Shown here in pieces: positions 20,040 to 29,537 of a stretch of 64,000 bases of DNA (position 1 is its first letter; each line of letters starts with the position of its first letter). Source of the stretch: Candidatus Nanopelagicales bacterium (lineage in GTDB: Bacteria; Actinomycetota; Actinomycetes; S36-B12; UBA5976). The DNA lies in contig DAIRCR010000002.1 of assembly GCA_036796575.1 (NCBI GenBank), positions 247,122 to 311,121 of the forward strand, written 5' to 3'. Under the pieces are notes generated by a model that worked only from the letters and a program-made list of their open reading frames with translations, had not been told where the DNA came from and did no database searches. The translations under genes and the position numbers were made by a program.

Positions 20040-20951
20040 TTATCTTGATGTCGAGATAACTCGCGCACCATGAACTGGCCCGTGTGTGCGCAAAACATCA
20101 TCAACTAAGCCGGAGGCCTTAAGTGCAACAACTAAATCAATTGCGCTGGATTCATCACGAACTAGGAATGCGCAGGTTGGCCCGCTGCCAGAAATAACTG
20201 CTCCCAATGCACCAGAATCGATTCCCTGTTCTAGTACTCGACCTAGTTGCGGTCGCGAAGTTGTGGCAGCCAATTGCAAGTCGTTATGCAGTAATCGACC
20301 AAGAGCAGGTGCATCACCGCGAGCTAACGCACTTAGTAATTCAGTTGGGACTTCTGGTGCTTCTTCGAATTCCAGCCCACGCATCTCATCAGTTTTTTCA
20401 TAAATCTGTGCCGTCGACAAACCTTCATCAAAAGTTGCAAAGACCCAATGGAAACTGCCACGAATCATTACTGGGGAAAGCACTTCACCGCGGCCAACTC
20501 CGAGTGCGCAACCGCCATGCAGCATGAATGGCACATCGGACCCGAGAGTTGTAGCCATGGCATCAAGTTGATCGCGCGGAATTCCAGCATTCCAATACGT
20601 GTCACATGCCACGAGTGTGGCTGCTGCATCTGCGCTACCACCAGCCATGCCAGCGGCAATCGGAATTGATTTATCAATTTGAATATGAATGTTTGGATCT
20701 TCGCCACATGCCCGAGCTACCAACTCGGCGGCTTTCCACGCCAAATTAGTTTCATCGGTTGGAATTTGATCCGCGAAAGCGCCAAGGCCACTTATAGTTA
20801 ACGAATCGGCAGCTGAAACGGTGACTTCGTCATAGATTCCAACGGCTTGAAATATTGTGGCAAGTTCGTGGTAACCCGAAAACTCTCGTGGCCCTACCCC
20901 AAGGTAAACATTTACCTTGCCAGGCACTCGAACGGTTACTGATTTAGTCAC
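20040..20951 (-). CDS. ispE: 4-diphosphocytidyl-2-C-methyl-D-erythritol kinase
   Basis: KVNVYLGV at the N-terminus and GHMP kinase motif PIAAGMAGGSADAAA are present. It lies downstream of rsmA, as in other Actinobacteria. Confidence 0.93.
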   Translation of the reverse strand: MTKSVTVRVPGKVNVYLGVGPREFSGYHELATIFQAVGIYDEVTVSAADSLTISGLGAFADQIPTDETNLAWKAAELVARACGEDPNIHIQIDKSIPIAAGMAGGSADAAATLVACDTYWNAGIPRDQLDAMATTLGSDVPFMLHGGCALGVGRGEVLSPVMIRGSFHWVFATFDEGLSTAQIYEKTDEMRGLEFEEAPEVPTELLSALARGDAPALGRLLHNDLQLAATTSRPQLGRVLEQGIDSGALGAVISGSGPTCAFLVRDESSAIDLVVALKASGLVDDVLRTHGPVHGARVISTSR

Positions 20952-20955
20952 GACC

Positions 20956-21819
20956 TCAGGTTACTTTCTTAGCAAGCTGTGCGATAGCCACAAAATCTTG
21001 CAAACTCAACTGTTCGCCACGTAACCCAGGATCCACACCAGCATCTCTAAGGATGCTTTCCACTTTCTGAGGTGTTCCTAACGCGCTACCTAGCGCAGTG
21101 CGAAGGGTTTTACGACGTTGTCCAAAGGCAGCGTCCACAATAGTGAAAGTTAGTTCGCGCAATTCTGGATCAAATTCTCGTTCTTTGCGTACCAGTCGAA
21201 CTAAACCTGAATCAACATTCGGAGCTGGCCAAAATACATTTCGTCCTACCGAGCCAGCTTTCGTGACTTCGCCATACCAAGCCATCTTGACGCTAGGTAC
21301 GCCATAAATTTTGCTACCGGGTCCAGCTGCCATGCGATCTGCAACTTCTGCCTGAACCATAACCAGAATTTCTCGCAAGGACGGAAATGTTTCCAGGAAA
21401 TGCAAAACAACTGGAACCGACACGTTGTAAGGCAAGTTTGCGACCAAATGCGTTGGCTCTATTGGTAACTCACTTATTCGCATTGCGTCTGCATTAATTA
21501 CAGTGAGGTTTTTAATTAAATTTGGTGCATGCAACGTAATGGTCGATGGCAATGCGCCAGCTAAAACTGGATCAATTTCAACCGCTAGAACTTTTGCCAC
21601 GTTCGGAAGTAGCGCCAAAGTTAGGGAGCCAAGTCCGGGACCAATTTCTACGACAACATCTGTTTTGCTTACGTGTGCTTGAGTAACAATTCGTCGGACC
21701 GTATTTGGATCAATTACAAAGTTCTGGCCCAACTTTTTTGTTGGGGTGGCATTTAGCGATGCTGCGAGTGCCCGGATCTCGGTAGCACCGAGCAATGTTG
21801 GATCTGTTGAATCAGGCAT
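20956..21819 (-). CDS. rsmA: 16S rRNA (adenine1518/1519-N6)-dimethyltransferase
   Basis: KKLGQNFV and SAM motif [12 protein letters not shown] are present. 287 aa. Confidence 0.94.
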   Translation of the reverse strand: MPDSTDPTLLGATEIRALAASLNATPTKKLGQNFVIDPNTVRRIVTQAHVSKTDVVVEIGPGLGSLTLALLPNVAKVLAVEIDPVLAGALPSTITLHAPNLIKNLTVINADAMRISELPIEPTHLVANLPYNVSVPVVLHFLETFPSLREILVMVQAEVADRMAAGPGSKIYGVPSVKMAWYGEVTKAGSVGRNVFWPAPNVDSGLVRLVRKEREFDPELRELTFTIVDAAFGQRRKTLRTALGSALGTPQKVESILRDAGVDPGLRGEQLSLQDFVAIAQLAKKVT

Positions 21820-21829
21820 CTAGAAAGGT

Positions 21830-22633
21830 TTAGTACCAGTTGCGATCATAAAAGAAATCTAGAGCATCGCATGGAGTGTCGTAACGCTTCTCGATGTAGT
21901 TAGCACCCCATTTGATCTGCGTAACTGGATTAGTTTTCCAATCATCACCAAATGTGGCCATCTTGCGTCCTGGCAAACTTTGTGGAATTCCATACGCGCC
22001 AGAAGTTGGGTTTGTCGCTTTGTGATTCCAGTTGCTTTCTCGGAACCATAGAGTTTCTAGGCAACCGAACTGCTTTTCTCCCCAGCCAAACTCTTGATTG
22101 ATGTAGAGCTTTGCATAATCTTTGTTTCCGGACTTTGTTCCAGTTTTGCCTTCAGCAGTAGCTATAGCCACCGCAATGTCTGATGGATCTCCGGTACCGC
22201 GAATCACAACGGCTTCAACTGGTTCGGCTGTTACTGCTCGACCGATTTCAGTTCGGGAAACTTCGTTGCCATCTACTAACTTAACTTCGTAAGTGATTTC
22301 AGCTAAGCCATTTTCACCTGCTTGCTTAACGATGTCAGTTCCAGCAGCGATAGTTGGATCGTCGGTGGCAGAGGTAACGAACTCTATTTCGGCTTCTTCA
22401 GTAACCAACTCGTTACTGATGGTGTGCTGTTTGACGTTATAGGAAACGGTTGAGTCAATTACCAATGCGGTTGAGTCAATGTAAGGAGGTTCCTGCTCGG
22501 AGCTATTTGCAGCAGTAATTCCACCTGTTAGTAATACCGCAGCACTGGCCACAATTACTGACCTAAGTGGAACATTATGATTTTTTGGGCGTGCATGACG
22601 ACCAGGCGCACGATGGCGACCACGTTCTGTCAT
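21830..22633 (-). CDS. secreted G5-domain protein with C-terminal SLT/GH23-like lytic transglycosylase domain (occupies the rpfB position)
   Basis: After a basic N-terminus and TM (VIVASAAVLLTGGITAA), there is a G5-like segment (IVKQAGENGLAEITYEVKLVDGNEVSRTEIGRAVTAEPVEAVVIRGTG). The C-terminal domain has an ES motif (LWFRESNWN) and GAYGIPQSLPG. I chose the ATG at 22633, which has the SD GGGGAAG. Confidence 0.75.
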   Translation of the reverse strand: MTERGRHRAPGRHARPKNHNVPLRSVIVASAAVLLTGGITAANSSEQEPPYIDSTALVIDSTVSYNVKQHTISNELVTEEAEIEFVTSATDDPTIAAGTDIVKQAGENGLAEITYEVKLVDGNEVSRTEIGRAVTAEPVEAVVIRGTGDPSDIAVAIATAEGKTGTKSGNKDYAKLYINQEFGWGEKQFGCLETLWFRESNWNHKATNPTSGAYGIPQSLPGRKMATFGDDWKTNPVTQIKWGANYIEKRYDTPCDALDFFYDRNWY

Positions 22634-22655
22634 AACTTCCCCGCTTAATTTCAGT

Positions 22656-22689
22656 TTCAATTCCTATGATTCAATTCCTATGAATTGAA
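22656..22689. repeat. 14-nt tandem direct repeat (TTCAATTCCTATGA x2) overlapping an 8-bp-arm palindrome TTCAATTC-CTAT-GAATTGAA, upstream of the G5/SLT gene
   Basis: Read directly from the sequence. Copies lie at 22656-22669 and 22670-22683, and the inverted repeat at 22670-22689. It is 23-56 nt upstream of the ATG at 22633, in the tatD/G5-gene spacer. Confidence 0.85.
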
Positions 22690-22741
22690 CAGAAACTCCA
22701 CGTTATCCCGAACCTCCCCCATTAAGGCAAGTTCATATTTG

Positions 22742-23563
22742 TCAAAAAGGTCCAAAAACCCTTGCAGCATTTGAAAAAAGTAGTTCACATATTTCTTGCT
22801 CAGATTGGCCTCGAACTTGGCAAATTGCCCGAACTGTCCACGGGATGTTTGTTGAGGCATTTGCCTGGCCGCGGTTAGGTGCTGGCGTTAAAAACGGCGA
22901 ATCTGTTTCCACTAGCAGCAGGTGATCTGGGATTTCTAATATTGCATCACGCAGTTGTTGCGCATTCTTAAAAGTCACCACACCAGGTATAGACATGTAC
23001 CAGCCTGCCTCGGCACAAATCTTTGCCATTTGCTCATCACCTGAGAAGCAATGAAAAACTACGGTCTCTGGTGCGCCATGATCTTCTAAAGTTCCAATGA
23101 CGTCTTGATGTGCATCTCGATCGTGGATTATGACCGGTTTGCCCACTTCCCTAGCGATATCGATATGTGCGCGAAATGAAACGTGCTGCGCCGCTGCTTG
23201 CGATTCCTCGGTGCGGTAATAATCCAACCCAGTCTCACCAATTCCCCGAACTTGTGGCAACTTTGCCAGTTCAGCAATTGCTGCAAGAGAACTGTCTAAA
23301 TCTGTGTCATGTGCAGCAGCGTTTGGATGCAGTGCCACAGTTGCCCAAACATCAGGATGCTCAAGTGCAGTCTTGGCAGCCCATTTAGAGCTGACAACAT
23401 CGCATCCAACTTGAATAACTTTTGTGACATTTACCGACTTGGCGGCTGCCATTGCTTCATTAACATCTGGCAATACATATTCGTCATCAAAGCTGACGTC
23501 CATATGACAATGCGTATCCACTACTGGGCTGGCCAATGGCAACGCGAACTTCACTGCACTCAC
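22742..23563 (-). CDS. tatD: TatD family metal-dependent hydrolase/deoxyribonuclease
   Basis: DTHCHMD metal-binding motif near the N-terminus, with ETGLDYY and ETDSPFLTP motifs. 273 aa. Confidence 0.9.
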   Translation of the reverse strand: MSAVKFALPLASPVVDTHCHMDVSFDDEYVLPDVNEAMAAAKSVNVTKVIQVGCDVVSSKWAAKTALEHPDVWATVALHPNAAAHDTDLDSSLAAIAELAKLPQVRGIGETGLDYYRTEESQAAAQHVSFRAHIDIAREVGKPVIIHDRDAHQDVIGTLEDHGAPETVVFHCFSGDEQMAKICAEAGWYMSIPGVVTFKNAQQLRDAILEIPDHLLLVETDSPFLTPAPNRGQANASTNIPWTVRAICQVRGQSEQEICELLFSNAARVFGPF

Positions 23564-23648
23564 TCCTATACGTTAGCGACGAGTTGGTAACCTAGGCTGG
23601 TTAGAGGGCAGAAACGGGGTTGCCCAGTTCTACTGCAAGGGCAAATAA

Positions 23649-25478
23649 GTGATTCGTCGACTTCCAGGGCTTGATGGCTTACGTGGCATCGCAGTTTTGG
23701 CTGTAATCATTTATCACGGTGACATTTCATTCCTTGTAGGCGGCTTTCTTGGCGTAGACGTTTTCTTCGTGTTATCTGGATTCTTGATCACGACATTATT
23801 GATTAATGAGTTAACCGAGACCAATACCGTTGATCGCGCGCGCTTCTACATCCGCCGCATCCGTCGCTTAATGCCTGCACTATTTCTGGTTCTCTTTTTC
23901 AGTGTTTTGGTATCTGGATTGTTCGTATTAGATGCGGCTTATCACGTTCGCCGTGACTTGCCTTGGGCAATCACTTTTGTATTGAATTGGTCTTATCTTT
24001 TTTTCGAACAGTCCTACTTCGTAAACATTTCTCGCCCGCCGTTGCTGCAACATCTCTGGTCGCTTTCGGTAGAAGAACAGTTCTATGTAATTTGGCCGAT
24101 CATGTTGATTGGACTTTACAAAGTTAAGATCGGAAACCTAACTCCACGAGTAAAGATATTTATTGCATCCTCAGTTCTCGCAATTGCATCAACAGCTTGG
24201 ATGGTTCACCTTTCAGTTGCCAATGGTTTTCCGATTCCAAATGATCCAAGCCGGGTCTATTTTGGAACTGACACCCATGCCATGGGATTACTTGTCGGTT
24301 GTGCCGCAGCTGCACTTTGGCGATCGGAACGACTCAGCGAACGCTTGACTCCCGATCGAGTAGCGGCAATGAATGGACTTGGGCTTTTAAGTCTCGCTGG
24401 ATTGGCATACTTCTTTTTATTTGTCAGTGAGTTGAACGAATTTTTATATCGCGGTGGATTCCTGGTGCTTTCGATCTTGACTGCAATCCTGGTCGTAGTT
24501 GCTGCTCACCCAGCTTTGAAGTTTGGTCAGCGCCTGGGCAATCCTGTGCTCAAGTGGTTTGGCGATCGATCTTACGGAATCTATTTGTGGCATTGGCCGA
24601 TCTTTGTATTGATGCGCTCAGGTATCGACATTCAATGGGCAGAGCCAATCGCATTCTTGGTGAAGGTTGCGATAGTTCTAGCGATAGCCGATTTGTCGTA
24701 CCGCTATGTTGAATTACCAATTCGGCAAGGCGCGATCGCTTCCCGATTGGCAGTTTGGCGCGCAGCGGGTGTGCCACGCCCAAAGGCCCGAACCCTTATG
24801 ACTACAGCAGTCACAGTTGTAGTGTTGTCCGCCAGCTTGGTTGGCATGTATCGAGTGCCAACTCCGGATGCTGGAAACTTAACTGGAATTGGCGGCATCA
24901 CTGCAATTGATGAAGATCCCGTTGCCGTAGTTGAACCAACACAAGAACCAGATGGCGATCCGGTGATCAATTCTCAGCAAGCAGCGACTGTGCAAGAAGA
25001 AATTCAGGCCAAGATTCCACCTGTGGTCTTTGGTGACTCAGTTGTACTTGGCGCTCGAGAAAGCCTGAAAGCAGTGATGGGTGAGATTTCCATCGATGCT
25101 GCAGTAAGTCGCCAACCTGAAACGATTGCAGAACGCATTAGAGCGCGGCGTGATGAGCGACGGTTAGGTCCTGATGTCGTGATCCATATGGGTACCAATG
25201 GAATTGTGCAAGAAGAAGACTTGAAACCAATTCTCGAAGAACTCCGCGATCGCAATCGAGTTGTTGTTGTAAACGTTCGAGTACCACGCGTTTGGATGAA
25301 CCCAACTAACGAAGTAATTGTCTCGCTAGTTGGGCAATATCCAAATGTTCGATTAGCTGATTGGAATGCAGTTTCTAAAGGCAAGAAAGGTTACTTTGCA
25401 CCAGACGGTGTGCATTTAACCAAGACCGGTGCCGAAGTTTTTGGCAATCTAGTAAACGACACACTTCGCAGCCCCTAA
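23649..25478 (+). CDS. acyltransferase family 3 membrane protein with C-terminal SGNH-like domain (OafA/YrhL type)
   Basis: LDGLRGIAVLAVIIYH at the N-terminus, about 10 TM segments, then a soluble C-terminal domain (VVFGDSVVLG...HMGTNG...APDGVHLT) with SGNH-hydrolase-like blocks. Confidence 0.85.
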   Translation: MIRRLPGLDGLRGIAVLAVIIYHGDISFLVGGFLGVDVFFVLSGFLITTLLINELTETNTVDRARFYIRRIRRLMPALFLVLFFSVLVSGLFVLDAAYHVRRDLPWAITFVLNWSYLFFEQSYFVNISRPPLLQHLWSLSVEEQFYVIWPIMLIGLYKVKIGNLTPRVKIFIASSVLAIASTAWMVHLSVANGFPIPNDPSRVYFGTDTHAMGLLVGCAAAALWRSERLSERLTPDRVAAMNGLGLLSLAGLAYFFLFVSELNEFLYRGGFLVLSILTAILVVVAAHPALKFGQRLGNPVLKWFGDRSYGIYLWHWPIFVLMRSGIDIQWAEPIAFLVKVAIVLAIADLSYRYVELPIRQGAIASRLAVWRAAGVPRPKARTLMTTAVTVVVLSASLVGMYRVPTPDAGNLTGIGGITAIDEDPVAVVEPTQEPDGDPVINSQQAATVQEEIQAKIPPVVFGDSVVLGARESLKAVMGEISIDAAVSRQPETIAERIRARRDERRLGPDVVIHMGTNGIVQEEDLKPILEELRDRNRVVVVNVRVPRVWMNPTNEVIVSLVGQYPNVRLADWNAVSKGKKGYFAPDGVHLTKTGAEVFGNLVNDTLRSP

Positions 25479-25489
25479 GCGGCAAGCAC

Positions 25490-27079
25490 TTAAATTGTTT
25501 CTGGCTCTTCAATTCTTGGGAACATGGATTCGCTCTTGGTAATTTTCACACCAGGCTTTAACTGACCCCAAGTAGCTACATCATTAAATAACTGTCCGAT
25601 ACCTGATTCAGCAGCACCAATGTCACTCCACAGTGCGCTCATGCTCTTTGGCATGATCGGTGAATACAAAATCGAAATTGCTCGTAGTGATTCGCAGACT
25701 GTATAGAGAATTGTGGCTAGTCGCAGCCGGCTCTCGGCATCGTCTTTCTTAGCCAATGTCCAAGGCTCTTGCTCAGTGACATAAAGGTTTACGGCGTCAA
25801 TGAATTCCTTAACGGCAACAATTCCGGTCTGGAAATCAAAGGCTCGGATTGATACATCTGCCTGTGTTGAAGTTTTAACCAACAAATCAGTCAAGACTTT
25901 TTCATCTGCAGTCAGTTCACCTGGTGCTGGCAAAAGGCCATCGAAGTTCTTAACAACCATGGCTTGAACTCGGCTAGCTAAGTTGCCAAGACCGTTTGCA
26001 AGTTCTGCGGTGTAGCGCGCAACCAAGTCTTCCCACGAGAACGATCCGTCTTGGCCAAAGATGATTGCCCGCATGAAGTAGTAGCGGAAGGCATCCGAAC
26101 CAATTAAGTCGACAATGCTTTGTGGTGAAATACCAGTGAGCTTGCTCTTGCTCATTTTTTCGCCACCAACTAGCAGCCAACCATGTGCAAAGACACATTT
26201 CGGAAGTGGCAGATCAGCAGCCATTAACATTGCGGGCCATATCACAGCGTGGAAACGAAGAATGTCTTTACCAACTAAGTGCACATCAGCTGGCCAAGTT
26301 TGCGCGAACTTCTTTGCGCCTTCACTGCCTGGTTCGTCGCCTAGGCCGACTGCAGTTGCATAGTTAAGCAGCGCATCGAACCATACGTAAACAACTTGTG
26401 ATGGATCCCAAGGAACTTCAATACCCCAGTCAAATGTGGAGCGGGAGATTGATAGATCTTGAAGTCCTGATCGCAAAAACGACATAACTTCGTTGTAAGC
26501 AGATTCCGGTCGGATTGCTTGTGGATTTGCTTCATAGTGCTTAATCAAAGCATCGGTGTAGGCCGAGAGCTTGAAGAAATAATTGGTTTCACTGATTTGT
26601 TCAACTGGCTTGGAATGAATTGGGCAAAGCTTTTCATTTGCTTCGCCGTCAATTAAGTCACCTGGAAGCTTGAACTCTTCGCAGCCCACGCAGTACGGAC
26701 CTTCATACGCACCTTCATAAATGTGACCAGCTTCTTTTAGTTGCGATAGAAATCTTTGAACCCGCTTAGTGTGACGCTCTTGTGTCGTTCTGATGAAATC
26801 ATCATTAGCTGCATCAATCACATCGAGCACTGGCAACCACGCATCAGTGACCAGCTTGTCAGCCCAGGCCTGTGGCGCAACGTTATTGGATTCAGCTGTA
26901 CGTAAAACTTTTTGACCGTGTTCATCAGTTCCAGTTAAGAACCAAACATCTTCACCAGCCATGCGGTGCCAGCGAGTCATAACATCGCCAGCAACAGTTG
27001 TGTATGCGTGACCGATATGTGGCGCATCATTTACGTAGTAAATGGGCGTTGTCAGATAGAACGCTTTATTGCTGGTCAT
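25490..27079 (-). CDS. metG: methionine--tRNA ligase
   Basis: HIGH motif (PHIGHAYT) and KMSKS motif are present. 529 aa. Confidence 0.96.
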   Translation of the reverse strand: MTSNKAFYLTTPIYYVNDAPHIGHAYTTVAGDVMTRWHRMAGEDVWFLTGTDEHGQKVLRTAESNNVAPQAWADKLVTDAWLPVLDVIDAANDDFIRTTQERHTKRVQRFLSQLKEAGHIYEGAYEGPYCVGCEEFKLPGDLIDGEANEKLCPIHSKPVEQISETNYFFKLSAYTDALIKHYEANPQAIRPESAYNEVMSFLRSGLQDLSISRSTFDWGIEVPWDPSQVVYVWFDALLNYATAVGLGDEPGSEGAKKFAQTWPADVHLVGKDILRFHAVIWPAMLMAADLPLPKCVFAHGWLLVGGEKMSKSKLTGISPQSIVDLIGSDAFRYYFMRAIIFGQDGSFSWEDLVARYTAELANGLGNLASRVQAMVVKNFDGLLPAPGELTADEKVLTDLLVKTSTQADVSIRAFDFQTGIVAVKEFIDAVNLYVTEQEPWTLAKKDDAESRLRLATILYTVCESLRAISILYSPIMPKSMSALWSDIGAAESGIGQLFNDVATWGQLKPGVKITKSESMFPRIEEPETI

Positions 27080-27104
27080 GCGTTAAGTCTAGAGCGAAAC
27101 TGGA

Positions 27105-27989
27105 TTAACTTTTTCGCTGGCGCTGATCGGCAAGTACTGCGTCGTAGACATCGCGCTTCGGAACGCCAAGCTCTCGAGCCACCGATGCAATGGCATCTCG
27201 CTGGGTCTCGCCTACTTCAACCCGAGTTGCAACCAGACCAACCCAATCTTGCGCTGTAGTTTCTGGAAGTGGCTGGGCACCAGAAATCACCAAAGTGATT
27301 TCGCCCAGGATCTCGCGATGACTCCACGCAACTAACTCAGCCAAAGTGCCGCGCACTACTTCTTCATAAGTCTTAGTTAGTTCACGACAAATCACACCTT
27401 GTCGATTTGAACCAAAGACCACTTCTAGATCTACCAGTGAATCAACTAACCGATGCGGGGCCTCAAAGAAAACCATAGTTCGCTGTTCGTGCAGTAACGA
27501 TTCACACAGAGTTCGGCGCTCACCAGATTTCCGCGGCAAGAAACCTTCAAAGGAAAATCGATCAACAGGAAGTCCACTAACGGCAAGCGCTGCCAGGACT
27601 GCTGATGGTCCAGGAATCACCGAGACCCTTACGTCCTGTGCAATAGCTTCTTGTACTAACCGATAGCCAGGATCACTCACACTTGGCATGCCAGCATCCG
27701 AAATCATTACAACGGTTTCGCCGGAAAGCACGCGTCCAATTAGTTCAGGACTCTTGGCTTCTTCAACAGCATCGTAAAACGACCAGATCTGTGCCTGGGT
27801 TGTGATTCCCAAATCAGATAGCAAGCGATGGGCTCGTCTGGAATCTTCGGCCGCAATTACATTTGCGGTTTCCAGAATTTCTCGCAGTCTTGCCGAGGCA
27901 TCACCAACGTTTCCAATTGGTGTCCCTGCAAGAAATAGCTGACCTGACATTCCTCTATCATTCCGTAAATCAGACCAGGTCCGAATCAT
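27105..27989 (-). CDS. rsmI: 16S rRNA (cytidine1402-2'-O)-methyltransferase
   Basis: LFLAGTPIGNVGDAS at the N-terminus and a tetrapyrrole-methylase fold pattern. The alternative start ATG at 27950 (MSGQLF...) is equally plausible. Confidence 0.88.
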   Translation of the reverse strand: MIRTWSDLRNDRGMSGQLFLAGTPIGNVGDASARLREILETANVIAAEDSRRAHRLLSDLGITTQAQIWSFYDAVEEAKSPELIGRVLSGETVVMISDAGMPSVSDPGYRLVQEAIAQDVRVSVIPGPSAVLAALAVSGLPVDRFSFEGFLPRKSGERRTLCESLLHEQRTMVFFEAPHRLVDSLVDLEVVFGSNRQGVICRELTKTYEEVVRGTLAELVAWSHREILGEITLVISGAQPLPETTAQDWVGLVATRVEVGETQRDAIASVARELGVPKRDVYDAVLADQRQRKS

Positions 27990-28024
27990 TCACTAAATCA
28001 GAACAACTCCTGTACTTTTAAGCA

Positions 28025-29512
28025 GTGGAGACAACTGAGGTAGCCGAACCGGTTAAATCAAGACGAGCTCCGTTTGACCTGGACCTAAAGTCCAAACCAG
28101 CGGGTGGTTGGGCTGGCTGGCGTGGGCCATTGGCTGCCACTGGTTTAGCTGCACTTTTGCGCCTGCCGTATTTAGGTCAGCCACACGCAATCATTTTCGA
28201 TGAAACTTATTACGTCAAAGATTCTTTGGCGCTTTTAACTTTTGGTCACGAGCGCAAAGTTATTGAAGATGCTGACTCAGTTTTGTTGGCTAGTGGTGGC
28301 GAAAACTTCGCCAGCATCTTTACCGATGCTGCTTCATACATAGTCCACCCTCCAGTAGGAAAGTGGGTTATCGCCAGCGGTGAAGCACTCTTTGGCGCAA
28401 CGCCATTCGGGTGGCGTATCGCGATTGCAATTCTGGGCATCCTTAGCGTTTTACTTACGGCGCGAATTGCTCGTCGACTAACTAACTCGAACTTCATCGG
28501 AACGGTAGCTGGGTTATTGCTCGCACTCGATGGACTGCACATCGCAATGAGCAGAACTGCATTGCTTGATACTTCCCTATCGTTCTTTGTGCTTTGTGCA
28601 TTTGGCTTCTTGATTATGGATAGAGATTCAGCAAATTCTGGCGGTTCAAAATCTTGGCGCTGGGCCATGGTTGCCGCTCTTGGGTTAGCTTGCGCAACTA
28701 AATGGAGTGGAGTTTACTTCGCAGCTGCCTTTGGAATTCTGATGCTGGTTTGGGATTACGAACGAAGAAGTAAGCGCTTAGAAGGTTTTGCGGTTTGGCT
28801 AACTAAGGATTTCTTGCCGGCACTATTGATGCCATTTGTAATCGTTGCGATTTACATTTCAAGTTGGATTGGCTGGTTTAGAAGTTCGGGTGGCTGGAAT
28901 CGAAACTGGGCGCAGGAAAACGATGTGACTTCATGGATGCCAGACGCGCTAGTAAGCCTGTTTCACTATCACAAAGACATGTTGAGCTTTCATACAAACT
29001 TGGTAACTCCACATAGTTACTCAGCAAATCCCTGGTCCTGGCCATTAATGATTCGCCCAACAAGTTTCTTTTACGAAACTGATCCAACTTGTGGCGCTGA
29101 GAAATGTTCCCAAGAAGTAATTCCTCTTGGTAATCCTTTGATCTGGTGGGCTGGTGTTATCGCACTGGTAATCATCATTTACTTTGCAGTTGCCCGTCGA
29201 CATAGTGCTGCGCTTCCAATTGCTGTGGCATTTGCTGCCGGTTGGGTACCTTGGTTGTTTTTCCCAGAACGAACCACATTTAGTTTCTATTCAGTCGCCT
29301 TCATTCCGTACACAATTATGGCGTTAGCTCTGGTGCTTTACCTGGCAAATGAAAGAGTGAGAAGCGATAAACCATTTGCCTGGCGCTGGCCTACTTTGAG
29401 TTTCTTAATTGTGGCCGCAGTGCTAACTGTGTTCTTCTATCCGATCTTGACTGGGCACTCAATTTCTTATGAGATGTGGCAGTTGCGGATGTGGCTTCCA
29501 AGCTGGGTTTAA
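28025..29512 (+). CDS. protein O-mannosyltransferase (PMT family, polyprenol-phosphate-mannose dependent)
   Basis: Polytopic, 495 aa, with the loop-1 acidic motif IFDETYY. It is divergent from rsmI, as at the M. tuberculosis pmt/rsmI locus (from memory). Confidence 0.85.
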   Translation: METTEVAEPVKSRRAPFDLDLKSKPAGGWAGWRGPLAATGLAALLRLPYLGQPHAIIFDETYYVKDSLALLTFGHERKVIEDADSVLLASGGENFASIFTDAASYIVHPPVGKWVIASGEALFGATPFGWRIAIAILGILSVLLTARIARRLTNSNFIGTVAGLLLALDGLHIAMSRTALLDTSLSFFVLCAFGFLIMDRDSANSGGSKSWRWAMVAALGLACATKWSGVYFAAAFGILMLVWDYERRSKRLEGFAVWLTKDFLPALLMPFVIVAIYISSWIGWFRSSGGWNRNWAQENDVTSWMPDALVSLFHYHKDMLSFHTNLVTPHSYSANPWSWPLMIRPTSFFYETDPTCGAEKCSQEVIPLGNPLIWWAGVIALVIIIYFAVARRHSAALPIAVAFAAGWVPWLFFPERTTFSFYSVAFIPYTIMALALVLYLANERVRSDKPFAWRWPTLSFLIVAAVLTVFFYPILTGHSISYEMWQLRMWLPSWV

Positions 29513-29537
29513 CCAGCTCAAATAAGCACTGCTGGGT

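Noticed and set aside
22634-22741. Possible c-di-AMP (ydaO-type) riboswitch upstream of the wall-hydrolase gene, as is known for some actinobacterial rpf genes
   Set aside because: The spacer is only about 108 nt. I could not find the paired conserved cores (ACGGGGA/CCCGA-type segments in pseudo-twofold arrangement). An Infernal scan would be decisive.
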